Below are positions 1-12,100 of a DNA stretch of 60,954 nucleotides, piece by piece (the first letter of the stretch is position 1; each line of letters opens with the position of its first letter). Made by a program: the position numbers and the translations under genes. Below the pieces are notes generated by a model. It did not search any database. It saw only the letters and a program-made list of their open reading frames with translations, and had not been told where the DNA came from. Source of the stretch: a virus (lineage: Duplodnaviria; Caudoviricetes); the IMG/VR virus record IMGVR_UViG_3300017776_000012, positions 1-60,954 of that record. One strand, given 5' to 3'.

Positions 1-123
1 AGTTTTTTTAGTATAAAGGTACTGACGAATATCTGCAGTGCCTTCAAACTGATGTCCTCCAGAAGCATTGCTTCTAACAACAGCTGGAGCCTCGGCAGAT
101 CGGTCTATTTTACTTTTTAATAC
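1..123. repeat. Terminal direct repeat, left copy (circular assembly overlap)
   Basis: 1-123 is identical to 60832-60954 and falls in frame inside the giant CDS. Confidence 0.95.
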
Positions 124-3100
124 AGAAAAGAATTCTCTTAACTCATTACCCATTCCATCAAAGGAAGAGATTCTTGACTTATACTTATTTAATCCTTCAT
201 CTGTAAGCATTCCCATAAATTCAACATTTAAAGTGGTTTCTTCATCCAACATTGATTTATGTAACGAACCCCCCTCGCTAAAGTACCCCTCCTTGTTGAG
301 GGCATCTAATCGGGCTTTGTCAATTAAAGGAGTCTCTAACTCGGATAACTTTACAAGATGATCATAAATAACAGAAGGCTGTTTGACAATAGAAGCTTTA
401 CGAATGTCCTCAACAGGCAGGATACCTGCAGCAACTAAAGTATTAGTGTCTAAAAGTCTTGACCCTTCCGGATCTTCAATAGAAGAAAGCATTTTACGTT
501 CAGTCAGCTTACCCAATGATCCGGCCCAATTGTCATAAGAAGAACCGCTATCGCTCATCATTTCTGCTCTATCTAATTTTAATTTAAGAGGAACAGGTCC
601 AGACATGTTAATAGTATGACCTTGAAGCATTCCAGACCTATAGCTTAAGTCTTGAACATACTCTGAATTAAGTTTCAGTTCTTCAGCCATCTCTTCTAAG
701 ATAGATCCTACTTCTTTCATTTTAGGATCTTCACTTTCTTTCATTGCTTTGATTTCAGATCTAGCTGAATCACCAGCACGCCCTGAGATAAGACTTTTAC
801 CTGCTAATTGCATAACATCGTCTAAGTCTCTCGATCGTTGCTCAGATCCCATAGAGTTTTCACCAAGTATTCTTCCAGATTTTCCTAATCGGCTATCATA
901 CTTTACAGTTCTAAATAAAGCTGCTCTTAACTTATCTCGATGAAAAGCCATTCTTACATTCAAGTCAGCATCTATGTTTTCTCCAATCTGAGAGAAAGTA
1001 GATAACTTGCTGCCATTGAAAGTACTTTCACTTGATAGAGAGTTATTATCGAATAGCTCAGCTATCATTTGAACAAGCATATACTTTGCATCCCCTGAGG
1101 TAAGGCTTACCTTAGAGTTAATAGTAGCCTCTGTATTAGATCCAGCCAGTGCTAGAGAGTCAATACCACCTTTAAGCTTTTGACCAATTGTTAGTTTTTG
1201 AGCCTTGGATACATAATTGCTATTTGTTGCGGCATCATACAACTCTTCCATACTATAAGTTTTTCCGCTAAGATCAGTATAATCTCCCTTTCTCATATAA
1301 GGAAGCACATGCTTTGCTAAGAATGCAATAGCCAGCTTAGGATCATCATCCACTAATTTTTGGAAATCCACTCTACCATTTGTAATTGTTTTTTGAATTC
1401 TTAGTTCAACATTATTACTAATCGCAGAGAGGGGCATAACTTCTGGCCTATCGTACTCACCGGGCTTAAGGCCTTCGCCAATGCTATTCTCTAATTCTAA
1501 AATTGCCTCATCAAGCTCTTTTACCTCTACACTATCCTTTGATTGACCAAATTCATAGATAAGAGCATCTCGTTCTTTTTTATACGCTTGAATTTGAGCC
1601 AACTTGCTTCCTGTACCCGTATTAAATTGAATGCTACCCTTACGATCCCCTAGATCGCGTAATGGCATTTCGGCCTTACCTAGAAGAACATCAGTCATGC
1701 TGTCTATTTGATTTCTATAGGAAGGATCTAAATCTAAAAATACTTTTCTAATATGCAAAATTTTAGCATATGAGAAGTTAATCATCTTCTGAAGGATGTT
1801 CTTAATAGCAGAACCAGAACCCGATACAGCTTTATCAGCATCTCTATACGCTGCTTCCATTGTTACTCGGTCTTTAAAGGTTCTTGCTTGCATATTATAA
1901 GAGAACAAAGCAGCAACAAACTCATCAGGATTCTCTAAGTAAAACTCAATCTGCCTTTTAGTCTTTCCATCTAATACGCCATTATTCATGGCTAAGACTA
2001 AACGCTTTACAAGCTCGGGAGCTTCTGGGTTATTAAGCATACTATTGGTCATATGCCATTCTGGAGATCCGTGATCATAAAGTCTAGCTTGAGCAGCATG
2101 AGCAATCTCATGAAGAATAACATCAACAGCTGTTAATTCTCTACCCAACCTACCTTTAAGAAGATGCAATGAAATGCCTGTCTTAGACGTATTGATAAAT
2201 CCAGCAGGGCTCCGTCCACCAAAGTTAGGTGCATCCAAACCTTGCTCTTTTGCGAGTTCAATGGCTTTTTGTTTAATGTTACTTGTTTCAAAGAAATCTA
2301 AGTTTTCAAGAAGATTCCCATCCATCTGAGCAAGAACAGCTCTAAGCATTTTAAGTTCTCTAACTGTAAGAGTACCGCTCTGCACTAAGGTTTCTAATTG
2401 CTTATCAATAGCCTCATGAGCTTCACTAGGCTGACCATTCTTATCTTTAATATGATTTCTAAAATTAGTCTTATTCATAAAGTACTCAGCATCACCCGGA
2501 GTACCATCTTCTTTATCGGGATACTCTCCCTTGTACAGCGGCCTATCGGTTTTAATGCCTGTATTAACATCTTGTTCGCTTCTAAGCATGATCTGCCTAG
2601 CAATCTGGACACCCTCATCAATTCTTTTCTTATGATCCTTTTGACGAGGAGTTCCGCCATCCTTGATGTTACCGGGCTCTCGGGCAGCCCGTAGCTCAGG
2701 AGATCCCGGCCTTCCCGGCTCATAATTTAACCATGCTTCATATAATTTTTGATAATCTACATTAGATAATTCTTCACCGTTTAAAATCTTAGTCTGCAGA
2801 TCAGGATCCTCTTGAAGCATCCTCAGTGCAACTGGAGCGTACCCTTGACGAGTTACACCATCACTAACAGCGATATCAATACCATGCTGCAGAATCTTTT
2901 GACTTGCTACGATTTCTTGAGCTGCTGCAAGAACTTTGTCAGTCGCCTTAATGCCATAAGCCGAAGCATATTCAGGATTGTTTAAAATCCTCATGTTAAT
3001 AAACTTAGGATTAATAAAGACAAGGCCTGCTAATCTTTTAGCATCTTTAATCTCAGCATCTGAAAGACCTCCAATCTCTTGAAGCTTCTCTATACTATTA

Positions 3101-6100
3101 CGACCAAAAATTTGCTCGCCTTCTCGGATTTCAGCCTCTTTGGCAACTATAGCTTTTCTAATTCTCTTAAAGTCATCAGCAGTAATATATTGCTTTTTAA
3201 TATCGGCTTTAATAGTTGAGGAGCGACCGCCCAAAATAGCACCTAAAGCTAGTGGTTCAATATCATCTAATCCACTAAGCATTTTTATGTCATCTAAACT
3301 CTTGACACCCAATACTTCTCTTAGCTCTTTTAAACCTACATATTCTACAGGCTCTCCGTCTTGCTTAACGCTAATGATGTATGTAGTGTCTTTGCCTTCT
3401 TTAAGGTTTAACCTGTCTTCTCCTGTAGGATCAAACATTTGACGATCTAACGTATTTAATCGCGAAGCGCTGACTTGATAAGGACTGATAAGATTTAAAT
3501 CTTCTACCCCTAATAGATCCTTTGCTGCAATCTCTTTTTGATCTAGGGTGGACATAATAACTCTATCTCTAAAGCTTTCGTCTTCCCACATTTTCTTTAA
3601 GTCTAAGTAGCGTGTCTGATGGAATGAGGATCGAGACACAACTCCGGGTTCTGCGTTTCTCTCTAAGAAGCCTAAGATTAATTGATTTTCATTATCAAGA
3701 TTTGTAGCAAACTCTCTAGTCTCATTTAAATGACTATCCATCTTAGCGTGACGAGCCTGCACTCTCTTTACATTATTATTTGCTAATGCAGAAGTAAAGA
3801 GCATATCGCCCACGTATCTATTAGAAGAAATCTGAAGAACATGTCTAGCCTGATTGGCACTAGCAACCCGTCGAGTCTGATGCCCAATGATCCTGCCTGA
3901 CATGATCTCTAATCCATTCATGGTAAATCTTACATTCTTATCAGCATTTGGAATCTCAAGATCAGAATGAACAGCTTCATGTAATCGCATGGCTTGATCT
4001 GCATTTAAAGTAAGCTCAATTAATCCATCAGTAATTTTAATCTTCTGATCTGGATACAACTCTGACATATGATTTTGTACAACTTTTCTAAGAACGGTAG
4101 CATCCTTAGCGTGAGTAATTGCAACCACAAAAGCCTCATTAGCGTCTAGGTTTTCAATATCAACATATTCACCATTTTCAGCTCTATACCCAACTGCAAA
4201 CCCTTCTTCAGGAGTGGCAAATCCCTTAACATTAAGTAACCCCCCTGCCTCAATGCGTTCACCTTGTTTCTCCTTTTTAGTAGGATCTTTAACAATAACT
4301 CTATTGTCCGAAGTTTTAAGTAAGAGAGCTCCTGTTTCTGGATCTCTGACATAGCCTATATCTTCTCCTCTAGTTGGAGCTGGCGCTGAGAATTGGGATG
4401 ATGTATCTAACTTATTGCCCTGTAAAGAACCTTGTTCGTCTACCAAGCCAACATTAGACCTACGCCGTTCGTCTTCAGATACAGACAATAAGGCTTCTCT
4501 TAGTGTGAGACGATTGCCTTGTTCGTCTCTTACTTTAAAGGTTCTGATATTCTGATAAGGATCGACAGAATTACTGTCATACGGATTATCTGCAGTGGTT
4601 TCAAAGTCCTCAACTCTTTGGTCTACAACCTTTTGCCATTTTTCTTCTAAAGCTGCAATACCTTTTGTTCTTCTAATCTTGGCTTCACTCTGAGTAATCT
4701 TGCTATCTTTAACTAGTCCGTCAAGAATTTGATCAAACTTCTTAACTTCCTCGTTAAACTTAATAACATTATTAACCCAAACCTGATGACCATAGATTAA
4801 ATCCCATCTTGGTTCTGTTTTATCGACAACTCTTTCAACAGTTCTTTCAATAGTTTTACCAGTAGGAATTTCTTCATCTACGAATTTACCAGTTCCCGCA
4901 CGGCTCTTAGCTCTTTCAGCTAACAGATAATCTAATAGAGGTTCTTTCTTTCCTCTTTTAACTTTAGCAGGAATCGTAATACCTAAGGCTTCTGCCATTT
5001 CAGTTAATTTAGTTTTAGTATATTTTCTATTACCTAAATAAGTTTCTTTAGGAAGATCTAATGTTTCTGCTTTTTCAAGATTGTTTCTTGCATCCTCTTG
5101 AGGAACCTCTCTTCGGACAGAAATCATTTCAGGCTCACTGATAGTTTCAGTAACAGTTTGTTCTCCACCTAATAAATCATCTAAGCCATACTTACGGGCA
5201 TGCTTAGTAAGAATACTTTGAACAATAATATCTGTTTGTTCAGGACTAGATTGAACACCGAGTGTTTCACTTCTACTTAGAGCTTCCATACTAATATCAA
5301 CATCAGCTAAGAATTCTTCATCCGTAAACTCAACCCGATTTCTTTCATCAATATCAAAAAGTACTCCATTCTCTTGGAGGTTTGTATCAATAGTAGTTGA
5401 ATCTCTTTCTGCCAAAAGCTTTCTCTGGACAACAGCTTTCTCGCCATCTGTTCCAGTTGCAAGCTCTTGAGTATAGCCCATAGTCTTAACTTGATGAACT
5501 TCCCTGAGTGCAGGAACACCTAATACATTATCAATATGCTGTGTGGGGTGAATAGCTCTAAAGCCAAGGCCACCGCCCATAGTTCTAGGAGTTTGAGGAG
5601 TAAGCTCCATCAATTTATTTTCAGAATTATTTTGTAATTCTCGTTCTCTTAATCTTTGCTCGATCTCAGGATTTTCTAAATCATCTAATTTTAAATTACC
5701 ATCCTCATCGTACTGCGAGCTCCAAGGATTACCAAATCTTTTACGATACTCTGAATCAGTAGTATCAACATCCTGTTCTTTAATTCTGTTAGACGCTGCT
5801 TCAATGTCATCACTTTGAGCTCTCCACTCTCTAAATGCCTGCTCTTTGGTCATAGGAGGAGTCTGAACAAGAGTACCATCCGCTGTTTTCTGCAACGGTG
5901 CATCAAACTCAGGAGAGATTGTAATAAGAGCATTCTTAAGAGCAAGCCTTCTGATCCTAATTTCTTCTAACTTAGTAGCAGCTGCAATGATATCATCTAC
6001 TGAAGCATCTGGAGAAAGAACACGTTGGCCTTTCTTAGCAAGCTGCTGATTAATCTTACGCCACTCTTCTTGAAGTTGGGTTCTATCTTTAGCCAGTTCT

Positions 6101-9100
6101 TTAATGCGATTAGCAATCTGCTCCCGCTTGGTCATATTACCCATATATTTAATATCGTAAATACCTCCAGCAAAAGCTTTACCCTGATCTACATGCTTTG
6201 CATACCAGTCTGAATGAGACAGTGCTCCTTCAGCATCAGGGTTGTTAGCATAAAGCTCTACAAGCTCAAGATCTTCTCTGGCTTCAGCCTTGCTAGTCTT
6301 AAAGGTTGCATCAGATTCTTCTACAAACTGAACGGGATCCAGAATAACTCTTCTACTTTTCTCACCCTTATGGTCCATCTCCTTAGTATGAGGAGCCACA
6401 AACCGGGTACGCCAGTCCATTAAGTTATTGATATAGATAGCATCATCTGTATTCTCTAAAGCTCTTGAAGGACTCATGCCACCAGCATCTTGACCAGTCA
6501 TCTTAAGAATATGCTTAACACTGGGGTCATCTCTAGCTACAGTAAATGCAGTTCTATTTAAAGCCTGTGTTGTACGATCAAAGAAGGTAAACTTAGATCC
6601 CGTAATAAGACTTTCAAGCTCTTTAATCTTAGGACCATCTTTACTTTCTCTTGCTTTCTGTAATTCATCAATAACAGTAAGCTCTTGCATAAACCTAAGA
6701 CGAGCGATATCCATTGCATCGTCCATAGTTTCGGGGCTTTTGGCTTTCTGTAATTTTTCGCCTACACCCGGAATAGTGCCAACTAGATCAAACTCTTTTT
6801 TACGGAGCATAGATGTTGCAAAAGCTTCAATTTGTAAAGCTCTAAAAATCACATCTACTTCTTTTGCCATAGTAGCTTTATTTTTATTGGCTAGCTTGGC
6901 AAGCTTAGTAGCGTGATCCAGCATAACCTTAATGCCATCAGGGGAATTCCACTCCAGCTTATCATCCAAGATTGCTTTAGGAAGTAAACTATTTCTTAAA
7001 CCATCAGGATCTAAAACAGCTTTCATTCTTCCTGCAGAATCTGGAATACCAGTAGCCTTTTCAACTAATCCCATTAAGGCTCTATCTTTACCGCCAAGCA
7101 TAGCAGTAGTTAATTCTTCAACAACTTGATCGTAGGTAACACCTTCTTTTTTAGCCTGAGCTAACATTGCATTTTTGTACATTGCATTATCAGGATCATC
7201 AAAGAAAGATCTAATTGAGTTTTTAACTGCTTTTCTCTTAGCGTTATAAGGAACAATCATTAAGGGCTTTTTAGCAAAGCTTCGTCCAGCTTTACTCCCT
7301 CTTACCCAGAATGGACGCTCAGTATCAGCATTATTCATTGCATATAAAGCTCGGCGTACACCTATGCTCATGCTGCTATCTCCTGCCTTATCGGGCAGCT
7401 CTGCACCAATCTCATAAGTTAAGTTCTGATAAAAGTCGATATCAGTTGAACCATCTGCTTCCACTAGATCCTTAACTAATTGTAATGCTCCTTCAGCAAC
7501 TTCAGGCTTATCAGAATTTAAAGCTTCAAATAATTGGACTCTTCGTCGGAAAGCGATACTTTCGGCAACACCGTGCTTAGAGCCATTGGTAGATCCATCA
7601 GCCTGTGCAATAAGTCGAGAGCCTTTACCCTTAGAACCCTTAGCTGCCTTAGCTACATCGTCTCCTCTTTCAAAGGCTCTTAAGATCTCAGGAGTCATTT
7701 CGGGATACAACCAAGCAGACGCATCTAAGATTGCATGGGCAATGCTATAGTTATTGTCTGGGTCTGCAAGAGGGATAGCAACAGGGAACCCACCGCTAGG
7801 ATCTGCTTCAGCCCAAGGGTTATCTCTGCCTTCTTCAATGTCATACCTGAAGTATGCTCTTGTGTTGATATCTTCCATGCGAATGCCAAACTGTCCGGGC
7901 AAGGCTTTAAGATCATCATGAATAAAGCTATAATGAGTTGGAGGTAAATCCAACATTTGTTCTACAGTTCGATCAAGGTAAAACTCAATACTCTCTACTC
8001 TATCTAAATCTGTTCTTAGTGGAGGAGGAATCTGATCAGCATGGATAGTTAAGGAAGCTCTATCTTGGGCTGTAGACATATTTTGAGTGAGATTACCATC
8101 TTGAATAAACTTAATAACGTCCTCTTCAGAAGGACCCTTAGGATCATCAAAGTCTAGTTCATTGATTCTACGGACTTTATCCTCATAGATAATCTGATCT
8201 AAAATCTTAGCAATTTGCTTATCAGTTCCGGGTTGAACCGCAGAGAAATCTTTTACTTCTTCACTATTTTTAAACTTAATGACATTAAAAGAATTAGTGT
8301 CTTCATCAAGCTCAATAACCTCAGTATTGTATCGCTTACTGCCATCTACATTATCTCTAAACAAAGAGCGAAGGGCAGCTGCCATTGTATCTGGAGTTTG
8401 GAAATCTAACTCACCATTGCCAAAGATTGCAAGTGCTTTAACGCCTTTTGCTTTTAACTCTGGGCTTATTGGCAGATAGGGAATTACTTCAGCTTCAATA
8501 TACTCAATTGCATTCTTAGTATTTAATAAAGAGCTTCTTGAGAGGTTATCTCCCTTACGGCTACTGAGAGTAATTAAACTTTCTACAAGTTTATTGACAT
8601 AATCTTCTTCATTTGCAGCACCTCTAACTTCAGTACCAGCTTTATTCTTAGCTTCCTGAGCTTCTTGTTTTCTTAACTCAGTCAATAACTGAGATTGCTC
8701 AAGACGTACTTGTTGCGGAGTCTTGCTTGCAGCTGTAGCAGCAGAACTTTGCTCTATTGCCATGTCACGTTGCAGTCCAGCTCTTTTGGCTCTTAACTTG
8801 TCTAATGCTTCCACTTCTTTATTTAGAAGATCTTTAACAGTTTCAAGAGTTTCGCCTTCTTGTAAAGGTTCTTTACCAGAAGCTCTTTTAGTTAAAGATT
8901 CTATTCTATCTTTAGATTTAGCAACACTAGCATTAATTATGGTATACCTTGCAGTGTACTCCTCATTCAGATCTTCTGCTAACTGACGAGTTTTCACATA
9001 TTGAATACCTAAGTCTCTTCTTCGTTCTAAGATCTGAAGAACTTGTTCTAAATTAAAAGTATCAAATTCTCTAGTCGTTCCTTGAGATGCTAACGCTTGT

Positions 9101-12100
9101 CCAAAGACAGCATCAATATCAATGTCAGCTAAAACACTTATGTTGTCATCAATGGCAGATTTAAACAAGGACATGACAGCAGCTCTTGTGCCAGTGCCTT
9201 CATTACCTAAAGATGCATGTTTAGTTTCAGACATCATAACATTCTTAAGTTTTAAGATGGCAGACTCAAGAGCTTGAATATCTTCGTTAATATCATAATC
9301 TAATCTGCTAGCAGCTGCTCTTGCATTTCTAGTTTCAAGGTCTGCTTTAGCATCTGATCTAACTCTAGGTGCTACAAATCTAGACGGATCTCCCATCTTA
9401 ACGTTATCAAGCATTGCTAAAAGAACAGTATTCGCTTGCTTAGCCTGACTCTTCCCTAATTCAAAATCTGCTTCAACGCTTGCTGTATCGTATAAAGTTC
9501 TACGACCAGAAATTGAATTCTGAATATCACGATCATTAACATTTCTTTCGTTAATAACGTCTTGTGCCTCTAAGAGAAGTTGACGCATATTAGCTTCATC
9601 TAATGTCTTTAACTGTAAAAGAGGGTGACTGCTAGGAAGGTATCTTCTAAACAGCTGTCTAGCAAGAGCCTGTGAAACCGTACCATTTGATTTTTCATAG
9701 GCATCTAAGATAGCTTTATTGGTTAAAACTTCAATACTATATTTATCGTAGTTTTTATTAAGCTCTACTTCACGTTGCTCTTCAATGATTCCGCTTTGAT
9801 CTCTAAAGCCAGCACTTGTAGGAATGTCTCCCTGATTATCAGGATCGATGTTTAAATCGCCTGCTTCATTCTGGGCAGCTAACTTTCTAAGTTTTTCTAA
9901 TCGTTCTTTTAAGTATTTGGTTTTCTGATCAGTAATATCTTTTGATTTTCCCCTTTTAGTTTTTCTCTTCTCAGCATTACCAAACTTAGTTTCAACATCA
10001 CTTAACTCTTCTTGGAACTCAATTAAAGTATCTAAAATTTCTCTAGTATCTTTATCCTTTGAATCGACTAATTTCAAGAGCTGCTTAAAAGCTTTTTCTT
10101 TTTTCTTAGGATCAGAGCTCTTAAGATCTTTAACAAGCTTTCTTCTTGCTCCTCTTTTATTTTTACCTATTCTATTGATAACCTTAGGATCAAAAGAAAT
10201 GCCATTAGCTTCTGCAAATGCTTTAATATCAGCAAAGCTGCTTTTAGCTGTAGCAGTTTGTTTCTCAATGCCCACATTCTTTGCCGCAATAAGTTCTTCT
10301 AAACGAGATCTTTGTTCGGCAGTTAAAGGAACTTTACGATTAAGCTCTAACTCTTTAATTGTTTCAGCTGTAAACTTAAAGTTTAAAGCTGCTTCAAAGT
10401 TATTAAGAATGAGCTGAAGCCGTCTTTTTCCTTCAGGAGTCTTTGTTAATTCTTCAGCCGTATTACCTACAGTTAAAAAATCAATCATTCTATTTTTAAT
10501 TCCACCAATAACAGCCTCATCTTCATCAAGCTTAAGTGTAATCTCTGATACTTCTGCATCTACGCCTTCTTGCCTCGTAATTGCTTCAGCAATTCTAGCT
10601 TCAATCAACTCTTGTACTTTAGCACGTCTTTCCTCAGGATCTGGATACGACTTAATGATAGTTTGAAGCTCTGCGTCAACTCCCAATGCTTCTTCTTCTG
10701 CAGCTAAAAGACCGTATTGCTTTTCTTTAAATCTTTTAATATCTTCGTCAGAGTAGAAAGTACCGTCTTTACCCCTCACTTTACTTTGAAACTCTGGGTC
10801 ATCTATAAGCATAGCTCTAAGTCCTTGAGGACCAAGCCCTGAGAAAGTTCCATCTTTTATAGAACTTGCATACTTCTTTTCAATTGATTCTACAGCTCTC
10901 CCTAGGGCCTCTTCCATATCCCCCTCATAGATGGTATTATTCATACCTTCTGTAAATCCAAACCTACTTCTAAGTTCATCTACAGTTGTAACTTGACCAT
11001 CAGTTAAGAGTGATACCATGACATTTGCTCTGGCTCTTTGTCTGGCTCCGCTAAGAAGCAGTTTTGTTCCAACATCTTCTCCTTTAAGCCATCCCATGAA
11101 TCCAACGTTTGATGCCTCATCGAAGTTGTTGTTGGCCTCTGGAGTATCTCCATATACTCTAGCCCAAAGTTCTTTTTGATTTTTAAGTTTATCTGCTGCT
11201 TTAATTCCTTTATTTCCAAATAGCGACTGCAAGTAAAACTCTTTAATCTCTACGTCTTTATTCCCCTTAATGTATTTTTCAACACCAAGGCTAACGCTAG
11301 AACCCATTCCCTTAAATGCAGCACCTAATCCCAAAGAAGCAACAGCACTGGTAAGCGTAGCTGCTGCCCAGTTATCCATAAAGTTAATATCTTCACCTTC
11401 ATTATAAAGGGTAGATAGGATAGATTTTCTTTCTGAATTGCTATAGGCATTTGCAAGGAGTCCTCCAGCAGCTCCATCGATACCCTGAGCACCAGACCAC
11501 ACTAAAGCTTTAGTGGCTCGACTCCAAGTAGTCTGGGTCTCCATTAAAACTTCAGCTAGATTGCCAGTCATGCTTAAGGATCCCGGCCTGACTTTTAACA
11601 AGAGTTCTGTAGCTCTTCCTAAACCTTTGAATTTTTTTGGATCAAGCTTTTCAAGTTGCTTAATCTTTGCTAACTTCTCTTTAACCTTTCTTGACTTATT
11701 AGCAATCTTTCCTGCACGCCGAGCCCACTTAGCGGTAAATACACTCCAGTAAGCTGTAGTTGCTGTAGCACCGATTGGAGCAGCTGCACCTGCTGTAGCT
11801 GTTGTACCTAAGATAGACCCACCTGTTACAATAGCACCTCCTAGTAACTCAATTCCCATTTCTGGAGCCATATCAGGATCTTGGACCAGCATATCTTTAA
11901 TGCTAGTAAGCATGCCTATTTCTGTGTTCCGACTTAACTGCATTTGCTCTAAGACCAACTGATGCTCATAAAGGCGTCTAGATACAGCTTCCATTCCTTT
12001 AACAAAAGCACCTGACTGGCTTTCAGAGAACATCAATGAGTTTTCTTTTGTAACTCCAGCTTGATCTAGCATTTGTTTTAAAACAGGATCTGTTGTTAAA

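Noticed and set aside
5341-5460. ATGTDG...GVLFD as the motif C region of the giant RNAP
   Set aside because: Weaker than HAKDA...KITDG in spacing and context; kept only as an alternative.
7441-7461. Second ADGST (VEADGSTD) ~50 aa after motif A
   Set aside because: Lacks the following NG..H helix and sits just before DFYQ; the upstream copy fits motif A spacing better.
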